Assembly (NCBI RefSeq): GCF_963506605.1
Contig: NC_083286.1
Location: 29,388,001-29,452,000, forward strand
Direction: 5' to 3'
DNA: 64,000 nt
DNA from: Zootoca vivipara
Lineage: Eukaryota
Shown here: positions 49,937-61,801 of the stretch, piece after piece
Numbering within the stretch: position 1 is the first letter of the stretch
Layout of the letters: every line of letters starts with the position of its first letter
Notes under the pieces: generated by a model
What the model saw: only the letters and a program-made list of their open reading frames with translations
Told to the model about the DNA's origin: nothing
Databases searched by the model: none
Made by a program: the position numbers and the translations under genes

Positions 49937-50760
49937 TATTGGAAATTTTATTTTTTAAACTTTTTTTTTTAAAAAAATCAAAGTCCCTGAAGATGCTTTT
50001 AAGAAAATGAAACATCTGGAAATGTGAGTTTGGCCCTTCGCTGTTATGACTAAAGGTCACTGGCAGACCTGCCTTCCTTAAAGCCACCTAAGCTTGTGGC
50101 CATTGCAGCATCACGTGAATTCTTTTAACAGGTGATTGCACACTGTCTCCCAGTAAACTTAGTTAAATAATATCAGCTTCTATTATTTTGACAAAATTAG
50201 AAGCTGTATTTGCTCTTTTCACACTTTTTATAAAGCTCTGCTATAATCTCTCCCCTTTCTGTGACAAAAATGTCATTCACCACCCCACCCTGCGATTATT
50301 TCAAATGCCCCTTTTGTACTTCCAGCTCAGCAGGGTCCTTACTGAGATGCAACATTTTTTCATATGGGCAATCCTATTATGAGATTATACTACTAGTTGT
50401 TTCATTTTTCAGTCTCATTCCTAAAGCTGAATTTGACTTTTTTACTGCTGCAGTACACTAAGCTGACATTTTCAGTGACATTTCTTTCATGAACACAATA
50501 CCACTTTGTGGGTGTTTGGAGCCAATTTAGGTTCTATCTGTATAAATATGAAGGTTAGATTAAACAACAACAACCCAAAATGTATCACTTTGAACTTACT
50601 TGCACTGAATTTCACCTATTAATTAGCATGCATACTGCACATTAGTGCATTCAGATGAGAAACTCAGATACAGTAAAATAATTTCGTGCCAAAAAATCAT
50701 TTGAGAACTTTGCTGTGAATATATCTGTGTTCATGTGCAAAATTTATTAGAAAGGGGATA

Positions 50761-51250
50761 TTTTTATTTTTTTTATTTCATTTTAAAACCACCCTTCGTC
50801 TAATAGCATCCCAAAGCAGTTTACAAGCATTTCTACATTAAAAACAATTTAAAAATTCATTCTACAAATTTGAAAATTCATACTACAATTTTGAACCCAT
50901 AATTAAAATACCATTGAAAATATTTTACAGCGGGCAATTGACATAACCGCTAAGCTTAATGGGTCAGTTTCTTCCAAAGGCCTGGGGGAAGAGGTACATT
51001 TTTAACTGGCACTAGAAAGTTAGGTAACATCAGTCCCAACCATGTCTTTGAGGGGAGGGGATTCCATAGAGGGAGCACCACCACAGAGAAGGCACTGTCT
51101 TGCGTCACCATTCCAGGGGCCTTACTTAGCGGAGGGACATCCAGCAGCACCTTCCCTGCAGCTCTTAGTATATGGGCGGGATAGCATAGGGTGTATAGCT
51201 TGGCTGATATAGGGAGAGGTGCTGGACCAATAGGCAAGATGTTCATGCAT
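50761..51250 (-). mobile_element. L2-like LINE 3' fragment
   Basis: A-rich tail plus ggagggga-ttccataga.ggagcaccaccacagagaaggc, homologous to the 1730-1770 region. Confidence 0.6.
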
Positions 51251-51401
51251 GCATTGTTTGACTTTCCTATTAACACTTCTAACGCTGAGGTTTGTCAGAG
51301 AGCTCAACCTTTGTAATGAAGTAAATTTGGTGTTACGTTTCTTGCGATCATGCTTCAAAGTCCGATTCCTCTCCCCACATTATTTTGTTCTTTGTTTGTA
51401 G

Positions 51402-51787
51402 GGGATGTGATCCACCTTGGTGATAGACAGCTCACTGTCATGCATATGCCTGGCCACTCAAGAGGAAGCATTTGCTTACATGACAAAGAACGGAAGATAT
51501 TGTTCAGTGGGGATGTTGTATATGACGGATCAATGATTGACTGGCTTCCCTACAGCAGGATAAATGACTACGTTACATCCTGCCAGCGACTGATAGACTT
51601 AGTGAATAGAGGTCTTGTAGAGAAAGTCCTTCCGGGGCATTTTAACACATTTGGAGCTGAACAGCTCTATCGTTTGGCTTCCAACTACATTTCTAACGCT
51701 GGTGTGTGCCACAAAGTTTCTACGTGCGCAGTCAGATCGATTGCAAGCCTAGCACTCCGTGCCACAAATTCCAGAACAACTTCATAG
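51402..51787 (+). CDS. MBLAC2: MBLAC2 coding exon 2; protein 287 aa
   Basis: tttgtag|GG GAT; [25 protein letters not shown]...[10 protein letters not shown]...[10 protein letters not shown]...RATNSRTTS*. Confidence 0.96.
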
Positions 51788-54700
51788 TATAACTTGTTTA
51801 ATAATAATAGTATTGTAAAACCCGATGGCATATGTAAGTTTATTTAAAGGAAAAGCTGGCTGATAAGCCATAAAGATTCTTATTTTTATCTACTTAATTT
51901 CTACCAATATAAACTAGTAGCTGTGCCAAAGCTACTCATTTTCCTTCTATTTTTTCAAGGCAGGTTTGCACATATGTTGAGTACTGTTTGACAGATGTTC
52001 TAAATTCGTTGTTTTGTATTTTGAAACATATATATGCTAACTGAAAAGTTTTGCACCCGTGTCAAACTTTTTCAATGACATCTTAAGTTAGGAATATGTG
52101 TTGAAAGTAGATTTTAAATGGTTGAAAATTATTATAAGCTGTAGTGGGGGTAGGTTGGTCTTATAACATTCCACTGTCCCATTACATGCACTAAGATAAA
52201 AATATCAATAATTTCATTTTTATTGTATGGGGTGAATTTAACCTGAAGTTATTACCAAATGTTAATATAAAGCACTGCAACCTAAGTTGTTACTCTTCTT
52301 GAATTATGTGTGTTGCATTTGACTATTGTTTCTAAAACGAAATGTAAGTGAATATTTCAAGTGTATTGCTTGCTCTTTAAATGTGACTAATGATGTATGT
52401 ATGAGTACGTAACTGTTAAAAGATAATTTTAAATATAATGCACACACCCGTGACCATCCTTGGTTTCTTCTGTATAGCAGCTGTAGAAACACTTGTGTGT
52501 TGCAAATTGTTTTGTGGATTGTAGAGAATAAGTTGGGTCTCAGGAGAGAGTAAATTGAATTTTTGGGGGAGATAGCTGCCAAAAAGCTACAGCTATAGAG
52601 TTATATGTGGTTCTTTTCACATTACAGGTGTAGTTAGGACTTCAAGTGGTAGCTTTGCAACCTACAAATTTCATTCTTCTTCTTTTGATTCTTTTTCCAT
52701 TTTCCGTAATGTTTACTTTCAAGCAACTTGACAAAAATTCCTTGTCTGTTGTTTGTACTTTTCCAGTATAAAAATCCTGTGCAGCCCTCTGGAGTGTTAC
52801 CAATTTATTGTGTGAAGACAGGTTTTTATCTTGTAACTATGACATGGAAATGAAATCGATAGTTTGAGATATATTAGGAAGGGTATTAACAGTAGCCCTT
52901 GTCTTGTGAGAACAGTGTACAACTTCGGATTGTGGCTGTCGCACAAAATTATTTTTTTAATCCTTTTGTGACTTTATTGTGTCATATTTCCCATACATCA
53001 AAGAGTACTGCACATACAGAGCTTGACCCCAGTGTAATCAGCACTTTAGCCCTCAAGGGTGGATAGGTGGATGTAGTTAATTCTTTAAATGTTAACAGTG
53101 CCTATTTCCTGTTGTAGACTAAAGCACAACAGTAAACAGGAAGATCAGACTTGCTGGTGAATGACCACTTAGAAATGAAGTTAGCAATTTCTTTTAGCCC
53201 TTATCTTGTTTGAAGCTTTCACCAAACTAATGGAGAAATATAGAATGTTTCAGACTGCTTCACTTTGGCTATTGGCTTTGGAAACACCATTTATTAACAG
53301 ACAAAGGCACTAATTTGATACCTTTTAATGCTAGGGAGAAAAGGCACCCATAAGCTTGCAAACTAAAAATTAGCAAATACAAAACTCATCAGGTTGAAGA
53401 CTAGTGCAGATATAATGGAGAGGCCCTCCTGACTGTGGTCAAGCGATTAGGAATGGGTTGCCGGATCATTCACTCCTATTTGCAGTGGTGCCAACTCCAG
53501 TCCCCGCAAAACTTTTGCTGTGAGTGCCTGGCCTCCACCCACTGCCTGTCGCAACCTTACCTCTGGCGCTCCAGTGCTGTGGGGTCATGACATAATGTCA
53601 TACCTTGACATCACGGTGTTGTGGTGTGCGTGCTGGGCATCCACAGTCTGGGGCCCAAGTTGATGCTGCTGCCTACCCATTTCCTTCTCAAGTGAATTCC
53701 CTCCTGTTTAAACTGCTGCTTAGGATTGTGTCAACAGCAATATTTAAGCACAGTTAAAGCTAAACTGGTTACTACGTCACCAAATTTGCAGCCAACTTGA
53801 GACTGGTACCTTGTTCATTTTGTAGAAATGTGCACCTTTTGGAATCAACTGCTACACAATCATTCTGTTCTACTGGAATACTGCTGAGGTGCTAGTGATT
53901 TTGAGGCATTAACGGTGATGTTTTCCCCAGAGTTAAAGCAAACTGCCTAAAGCCTCTATTCCTTCTCTCCTACCCACCTTCTCAGTGTCTTGAAAGTTCT
54001 TTTCCAAACGCCTTACTGTGAGTGACACATACTAGACAGCTCACTGTGGGAAGAATTTAGCTAAGGAATACTGTGATTGCCAAAGGTTAGACTACTCTTA
54101 AGAACTGATCTGAGTTTCTGCTCTTGGAACAGTTCTGTTGGTACATTTTTGTTCTATAAGATGGACATTTCTGTTCTATTTCAGTGCTCACAAAGCCAGA
54201 TTATCTTCTGAAGTCTTTAGTAGTTCTTGGGAAATGTAGTCAAATAGGAATCAGGCTGTGAAACTCTCCCCAAGCATGTGTTTACTCAAAAGCAAGTTCC
54301 ACTCAGTTCATTGAGCCTTTATTCTTGGTAAGCCTGAGTCAGAGCTTTAACTTAGAACAGGGGTGGCTAACCTGTAGCCCTCCATATATTGCTGAACTAC
54401 AACTTCCATCATCCCTAATTATTGGCCAAGCTGAGTGAGGCTGCTGGGAGCTGGAGTTTAATGTCATCTGGGGGACCACAGGCTAGTCTCCGCTGACTTA
54501 GAAGTAAGTCACACTTGGCTTTGGTTAGTAAAGTACAACCTTAGAGTGAAAATATATAATCTTATCTTTTGTCTTAATTATTTTTATATTCTAAGACCTT
54601 GTGTATTTCTGAATGAATTTATTGGAAGACCTTTATCATTAATTATTGTAATGCCTTTAAAAACAATAAAATATATGTGTTCACTTTAAATATTACAGAG

Positions 54701-54994
54701 TATAATACATTTACTATTGCTTTATTTGTAAACGTTCTCTTGACATCCCCTCTGGATTCAGGATTTACAAAGGCTTAAAATGCAAATCTGTTCAACAATG
54801 TTCTTGGACTTAAGGCAATGATATGTTGTTGATTCAGCTGTTTTTACTTAAGCAGGTGATGGATTGTGCTGTAAAATGCAATTTAAAAGCATTTTAAAAA
54901 GTTGTAATGCATTGTTCTGTCTACTGAGGAAACTTTACTAATGTGCCACTGTTTTCAAGGGGAAATTGTATATTATTTTATCATAGATATTGAT

Positions 54995-55000
54995 AATAAA
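54995..55000 (+). terminator. Candidate MBLAC2 polyadenylation signal (another at 54665)
   Basis: AATAAA at the end of an AT-rich 3' UTR-like stretch. Confidence 0.4.
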
Positions 55001-55848
55001 AGAATTATGACACAAAACAGCTCTCCGGTGATCATTTCCATTTCATCTTTAACCCCATCAAAGGAGAAAGTTACATATGTGTTGCTTTTGAGAGATGGAA
55101 TGGATGATGCCAAATGGTAGTGGTAGAATCTATAGTTTTTTTCTCAGGTGTGATTGCCAGGCCATAACAGCTGCCATCACTCTGAAAGAGGTTTTGTGGG
55201 GGGGGGGCATTTTTGAAAGTTGAAAGGATTCCTTGCGGAAATGCCCAAATCCTTTTGTGAAAATAAGAACATTGACCATAATTTCTTGGGATTATTTTGG
55301 AGCATAAAACCATTACATCCCACATCTTGCTCTAATGCCACAGAAAATGCTTTCATTGTTATTATTAAAGCTGAATCAGCTAACTGATCATAAGAGATCA
55401 CCCACGCTAACTGAGATTGAGGACTCATGTTCCTAGGCATTATGCTATTTACACCACCTATGAACACATCTCCCTTTGCACCTGGATTCCTTCCAGTTAT
55501 CTTCTGTTGTTGTGCTTTTTTGTGTTCTTTGTAGATAACTGTTTAAATAACTGTTAAATAACTTTGTAGATAACTGTTTAAATAACTGTTTAAATAAGCC
55601 TGAGGTTGCTCACCCATGTAAGAGCATAATGCAAAAGGAATAAAAAAGTTTGTGCCTAGAGTAAATTGTAAGAGAAGACAGGATCACAAATAAATGTTAA
55701 CTGAAAAATACAAGCTCAACACAAGCTTAACACGTTCACACATAAAGGGAGAGGTAAAAGGTGTTTTCAGAGTTTAGGAAGTTACAAGTTGCTTGAATTT
55801 TGCAGTAGTTTACAAAACAATACAGCTTATGTAATATGTATGTACAAT

Positions 55849-56346
55849 GCGGGTGGCACTGTGGTCTAAACCAGAGCCTAGGGCAGGCATCCCCAAACTT
55901 AGGCCCTCCAGATGTTTTGGACTACAATTCCCATCATCCCTGACCACTGGTCCTGTTAGCTAGGGATCATGGGAGTTGTAGGCAAAAACATCTGGAGGGC
56001 TGCAGTTTGGGGATGCCTGGCCTAGGGCTTGCCGATCAGAAGGTCAGTGGTTCGAATCCCCACGACCGGGGTAAGCTCCTGTTGCTCGGTCCCTGCTCCT
56101 GCCAACCAAGCAGTTTGAAAGCACGTCAAAGTGCAAGTAGATAATAGGTACCGCTCCGGTGGGAAGGTACACGGCATTTCCATGTGCTGGTCTGGTTCGC
56201 CAGAAGCGGCTTAGTCATGCTGGCCACATGACCCGGAAGCTGTCTGAGGACAAATGCCCCCCCCCCTGCCCAGTAAAGCGAGATGAGCGCCGCAACCTCA
56301 GAGTCGTCCGCAACTGGACTTAACGGTCAGGGGTCTCTTTAGCTTA
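55849..56346 (+). mobile_element. Sauria SINE split by a hAT MITE
   Basis: Colinear with 27561-27913 once 55884-56019 and one TSD copy are removed. Confidence 0.88.
55884..56019. mobile_element. 136-bp palindromic hAT MITE nested in a Sauria SINE
   Basis: Same TIRs as 28292; perfect TSD gcctaggg. Confidence 0.93.
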
Positions 56347-56851
56347 CAGCTTATGTCTGAAAATGTAATGGGCTGGGGCTAGTTAGAATTTTTGTTTCTT
56401 TTACTTTCACACAGAAACCAAATAATATCTCGGAGGGAAAAAAAAGTGAGTAAATAGAACAAAGTTTTATTCAGATATTGAGGTTCTCTTGTCCTTTCAT
56501 ATATATATACTGAGCAATTACTTTTTTTAAAGAGATGCCATCTGCTGGTTTAGTTCTATATATACAAATATGATATGACTCAGTTCAAAATACGATTCTT
56601 CCATTAGTAGCCTTCAGATATTGTAACAGATGAGCTTCACTTTTTTTTTATTAAAAAAACCTACATTGATGCAAGAAATGAAAATAATACAAGCTGCAAT
56701 TTCAAACTGTGTAAGCCGTACTGAACATAATAGAACTAAGTTCTGAGAAAAGAGATGCTGAGGAGTAAGGATTGCATTGGACTGTAAAAAGAAATCTTTG
56801 ATCTGTGTTTTTTCTCTGGAGTTGCAAGTTCTGACCTGGGAGTTCTACTCT

Positions 56852-57330
56852 TAGAGTACCTCAGATGTCATCTAGTCCAACCCCTGCCAGTGTAGTAAAT
56901 GCACTGCTGCAGCAACTCTGCTTAAAAATCTCTATCAGAGAGTCTACCACCTTCCAGGGGAGCCTGTTCTACTGCCTGTCAGCTCATACCACCAGGAAGC
57001 TCTTAATATTTAATTGAAACTCTCTTCCTTGTAAATTTAACATGTTGGTTTGGGTCCTACTCTCTGGAGTAACAAAGCAAAATTGACCCATCATCACTGT
57101 GACAGCCTCCCAATAGTTGAAGACTGCCAAACGTATTGGCTCTGAACGTCCCCTTCTGCATGATAAATATACCCATCTCCCTTAATCTTTATTCACACAG
57201 GAATGGAGGTCCAAGCCCTTACCATCTCTTCACGTTGTAGTTTGTCAGTAGCTTCCTTCCGTTGTGTCCAGATACCATTACTTCTTGTATCTTGGACATT
57301 ATACTTCTGTTGATGCAGTCTAGAATTGCT
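56852..57330 (-). mobile_element. CR1 LINE 3' fragment
   Basis: gtcatctagtccaaccccctgc...tctaccaccttcc.ggg.agcctgttc.actg...ccaggaag, typical reverse-strand CR1 3' ORF2/UTR. Confidence 0.7.
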
Positions 57331-58493
57331 TGATGGGGTCTTTCTGTCTCCAAATTAGGAATAAACAGGGTAAACTAGGCTGAAAGCTTGTGACTTGCCG
57401 AAAGACACTCAGTGGGGTTCAGGTATCCAAATCCAAAATCATGGGTAGTCCGGGTCAAAAAGCCCTTGCACCACAGAGGCTTATTTTTCATCTTCAGAGT
57501 CCTCCAAACAATTGAAAAGTAAGTATGCATTGATGTAGCAAATTCATGCTGTCAGTCCCCCCCCCCCACGTGTTCACCAGCTATCAGTCAAGAGCATACA
57601 GCCAGGTACTGGATGTAATAAACAGACATATACTATGTCCAGTAGCTGTTGATGTCTTCAGTTTTCATGCATTCGTCAAATCCTGGTGATGTGATACACA
57701 TAACTATTACCTTGTGATAGCCAATTCCAATTTCTAGCCAATTTCTACAGCAATGACTTGTGTGAAGACAAGTGTAAAGACCTTCCTACTCATAAAAAGA
57801 AAGGTGTGTGTATTAATGTCAAGAAAGCTATTCTGAACGGTGCTCCCGTGTGCTTTGATTTTCTGTGAGCAGAGCCTTCTCTATGTGAGGCCATTCAAAT
57901 ATGCGACCTCAGAACATGAAGCGTTCATTACTAAATTCTGTCCATTGTATAAAACGCCCTTGACTGATAGGTTCAGATTTGTCGCTCATAAAACGACGAC
58001 TTTCTCTATTGCTTTCGTATTCATACGGTATCATAGAGAGGATGCGCTACAGGGCTGCAGCCAGAGACAATGGGCCGGCGGGCTCTTATTACGTCAACAA
58101 TAAGCGCGGCGAAGATTTGCCCTGAGCCGCTACGTTCCTCTCCCCGGCTTCATTGTGACGTCTATAAGCAGCAACGCCTTCTGGGTAAAACGTTGGCGGC
58201 GTACCCACTAATTTTCAACAGGAGACGGGGGCGGTGCGCCTAGGACTTGATTGACAAGCGGCTTGGCCACTTGCGATGGCGCTGTGAGCGGCGGGGCGGG
58301 AGGAACGCCTCGCGGGGTCCAATTAAAGCTCGCAATCCGAAGAGGGGAAGCGGCGTTGTCGGAGGGAACGGGTTTCGCGCCCCGCTTTCGAGGGAAAGGC
58401 TGTTGTTCCTCTTGATTCCGGGTTCCGGTGGCCAAAGTAGCCGAGACACGCTGCCCCCCATCCCGCCTGGTTTTAAGGGGTGGGGCTGGGAGA

Positions 58494-58510
58494 ATGAATT
58501 TGGTGGCGAG
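58494..58510 (+). CDS. CETN3: CETN3 coding exon 1 (MNLVA-R, 17 nt)
   Basis: ATG AAT TTG GTG GCG AG|gttggt. The phase-2 join to exon 2 gives Arg-Ala-Glu-Leu, as in human MSLALR-SEL. Confidence 0.85.
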
Positions 58511-58565
58511 GTTGGTACCTTGACGGGAGGGTGGGAAGCCGCGAGCGAAGGGCTTTTTGCTTCTT

Positions 58566-58579
58566 GTTGCCATGGCAAC
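58566..58579. promoter_or_regulatory. RFX X-box (perfect palindrome GTTGCCATGGCAAC) in CETN3 intron 1
   Basis: Exact 14-bp consensus 55 nt downstream of exon 1 of a centriole/basal-body gene. Confidence 0.8.
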
Positions 58580-59067
58580 GCAACGTGTTTTTCACCCCCC
58601 CTCCCCACCGTCGCGAGCCGCCTTGTCGCGATATTTGCTGCAGCGCGCGTGCGCACTGGCCCCGGGTGGCGCGAGGCATCCCCTTCCTCCCGTCGCAAAA
58701 GCATTTGGTAGCCGCCCGATTCCCCTCTTGTCTCCCGAGTCGGGGATTTCTGCATTTTTTATTTTTATTACTTCCATCTTGTTTTGTTGATAGTTGCCTT
58801 GGACCTTGTAGGCGAGAAAAGAGGAAGGAAGAATAATGCGTGTCCTCGCTTAGGTTCTCAAGGCTGCTTGGGGAAGTGATTTAATGCCATTTAGATTTAG
58901 CACACCGAATAATGTAAGCTTGCAACCAAGCTGAATAGGTAGGCAGCAGCCCAGCGTCCTCCTTAAAGGATGGAGTGAAAGCTAGAGATCCTACTTATGT
59001 AGGAGGACACGCACAGAGTTGAATTTTCGGGCTGTGATGCTCCAGGGCATCTTCATATACGTTAGGA

Positions 59068-59821
59068 CAGTGATGGCGAACCTATGACACGCATGTCAGA
59101 CATGACACGCAGAGCCCTCACTGCTGGCACGCGCCCCATCGGCCCATTCGCGCTGTTGTTGTTGTATTCTCCCCCCCCCATTTGTTCTCTCGCTCCTCCT
59201 ACAGCTTGTCTCCACTAGAGCTTGTCTCCGCTGTTAAAACCCGGATCCTTTTTTGTTGTTGTTGTTGCTGGTAGCCAGAGATTGGTTTTTTTAACCGTTT
59301 CTGTGCTGTTTTTTTCCTGGCGCTTTGGCAGACTATGATTGGGTGTAACAACGTTCATTTTTTAACCCGTTCTGTGCTGGGGTTTTTTTTGTCGCCTTGG
59401 CAGACTATGTCAGTGCTGCATGTTAGTTTCATCGAAGGTATTATTTGTCATTTATTTTTGTTCTCCTCCCCCTCCAAAGAAAAGTGCAGCAGCTTTGGGG
59501 CACCCTCCCCAAAAGCAAAGCAACTTTTGCACCCCGCCAAAAAACCTCCAAAACTTTGGTCAGCAGCTCCCCCCCCCCCCCAAAAGCTCAACAACTCTGG
59601 GCACTTTGTGATAAATAAGGGGTTTTTGGTTTGGTTTGGTTAAATAATTAGTTTTTGGTTTATTAAATACAGTTATATATTACAATTATACATTTTTGTT
59701 ATTTAAACTATATATATCATGAATTTATGGGTTTTTTTCCTCAAAGTGACATACCACCTGAGTTATGCTTGGTTTTTCGGCGAATTCTGACACACCAAGC
59801 TCAAAAGGTTGCCTATCACTG
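59068..59821. mobile_element. 754-bp non-autonomous hAT element (hAT1/Myotis-hAT1-like ends) in CETN3 intron 1
   Basis: TIRs CAGTGATGGCGAACCT...AGGTTGCCTATCACTG; perfect 8-bp TSD cgttagga. Confidence 0.9.
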
Positions 59822-60079
59822 CGTTAGGAAGTGATCATTGGTGAGGTGGGCTGCCACTACAGAGCACAGAGCCATAGTTTAGTCCTGCAGCAAATGCCTT
59901 CCCTGCACACATTTCCAGAGTGGTTCTCTGAAGCCATGCAGATCTCTGTGTTGCAACACGTTAGTAGTGTCTAGGCTGCAATGTGTTTGTGTGTCATGCG
60001 AACGCTCCCCGCGCTCCTCACCCGGGCTGGAAAGGGGTTAGTTTAACCTCTGGTTTGCTAGTAAAACTGAATTACTGTG

Positions 60080-60212
60080 TCGTAGAGTTGGAAGGGACCC
60101 TGAGAGTTATCTAGTCCAATCCCCTGCAATGCAGGAATATGCGGCTGTCCCATAGAGGGATTGAACATGCAAGTGTGACATTATCAGCACCATGCTCTAA
60201 CCAACTGAGCCA
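60080..60212 (-). mobile_element. tRNA-Ile-like SINE with CR1-type tail (Squam2-like); tail fragments also near 10085-10155, 19190-19250 and 37040-37110
   Basis: Minus strand gctcagttggttagagcatggtgctgataa...gttcaatccc...tattcctgcattgcagggg.ttggactagat. Confidence 0.78.
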
Positions 60213-60829
60213 TCTCTGAATGATGCATGTCTAAAAAGTGTCACCAACCTGAAAAGTTTAGAAAGCTCTGCAGTCTACCAGTACATAGTACTGAGCTAGA
60301 TGGTTTAATGGTCTGACTTTGTATAAGGCAGGTTTTTTGTGTTCAGCTAGGTGCAAACATCAGCACCCTTGCTTTCCTTACTAAATCAGTATAGGAACTC
60401 CCGTAGCCTTTAGGAATGCAGAAGTCCATTTTAAGAATATAATATACATATATCAGGGAAAAGGTGAACTAAAAAGAGCAGAAGGGAGTGGGAGTCTTAA
60501 TGGCAGACAGAGTATACTGTTTTATCATTGTAGTCTCTAGCCCAAGTGTGGCAAAAATTTGGCCCTCCAAGATGTTGGAGCTGAGCTTTCCTTCATTCCT
60601 GGCTTGCCAGCGCTGATGGGAATGGTAGTTCAGCAACATCAGGAGGGCCAAAGCTTTCCTACGCCAGTCCTAGCCCAAATACAGTTGTTTATGAATCCAT
60701 CATAAATCTTAAAACTAAGACTGGACATTTCATGAAATCAATTCTCAATTCTAAGATATGCTACAGAACTAAAGTGTGTTCTTTAAGAAGAAAAAAACAT
60801 ACCTGACCACATTTGTCTTTATCTTCTAG

Positions 60830-60965
60830 AGCTGAGCTTCCTGTTGACAAAACCAAGAGAAAGAAAAGAAGAGACTTGACTGAACAACAGAAACAAGAAA
60901 TTAAAGATGCTTTTGAGTTGTTTGACACAGATAAAGACAGAGCAATAGATTATCATGAACTGAAG
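60830..60965 (+). CDS. CETN3: CETN3 coding exon 2 (EF-hand 1), ending at a GC donor
   Basis: ttctag|A GCT GAG...; [45 protein letters not shown]|gcaatt; 136 nt. Confidence 0.93.
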
Positions 60966-61711
60966 GCAATTGATTTTCTTATTAAAATATTGATATTTTG
61001 CTTTATAATTGTGCAGTGTTGTATAAAGCCTTAAAATGTGTGTTAGCTCCATATTGTGACACATTTTTCTGTGGTATACATGCTATGAACAAAGATGGCT
61101 GATTCATACACAGCAAAACTATGTGTGGTGTAATAGCATTTATATAGCACTTGCTGAGTATTCAGTAAGTATACAGTATACAATATTAGTAATCTTTGCA
61201 ACCTTCCTATGAGATAGGCTAGTATTGCCCCCATAGTGTAGAGGAGGCTGAGATTGTAAGGAAGTGGTTTGCATGTAGTGAGGTTTGAACTAGTTTTATA
61301 GTTCACACTTTAGCAACTTCACTGCAGCAGCTCTTGAATTGGTGTTTTTAACGTTTGCTATGTGTTTCTATGATGTTTAAACCAGCCATAAGTCAGAAGC
61401 ACTTAAAAGTAAATACTAGGAAAGATGCATGCCCCTTGGTGCTCATAGTTACATAGATCTGCATTCCAGAGGAAACTATAGATCTAGAATTTGTGGTGTG
61501 GTATACATGATACCATCATAGACTGTTTATCTTTGTCAGAAACATCTTAAGGCTGCTATGTGGAGTTATGTGCAATATATTAATGTTCTAAGAACCTTGA
61601 TGTCAGTGGTTCTCCTGCAATACAATCTTAAACTTGTTTGCTCTGAAGAAAGTCTCCATGATTTCCGTAAGGCTTAACCCCATGCAGCCTTAATATAATA
61701 AACATTATAAT

Positions 61712-61801
61712 CATAGCTGCCAAGTTTTCCCTTTTCTCGCGAGGAAGCCTATTCAGCATAAGGGAAAATCCCTTTAAAAAAGGGATAACTTGGCAGCTAT
61801 G
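61712..61801. mobile_element. 90-bp hAT-like MITE (copy 3)
   Basis: Same TIRs as 10775; perfect TSD attataat. Confidence 0.9.

Larger units (their letters stand above)
58050..58800 (+). promoter_or_regulatory. CpG island / CETN3 promoter
   Basis: CpG-rich; CRE-like TTACGTCA near 58089 and TGACGTCT near 58156; GC boxes; CCAAT at 58319; NRF1-like CGCGCGTGCGCA at 58644-58655. Confidence 0.8.

Noticed and set aside
44149-51787. Metallo-beta-lactamase and LysM domains as bacterial or horizontally acquired genes
   Set aside because: Both are intron-containing, syntenic vertebrate genes (MBLAC2, LYSMD3).
55527-55597. Short tandem duplications (also 8010-8060)
   Set aside because: Ordinary slippage repeats with no sign of function.
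58276-58287. ATG GCG CTG TGA as the CETN3 start
   Set aside because: Stops after three codons; the ATG at 58494 gives the expected 17-nt phase-2 exon. At most a tiny uORF if transcribed.
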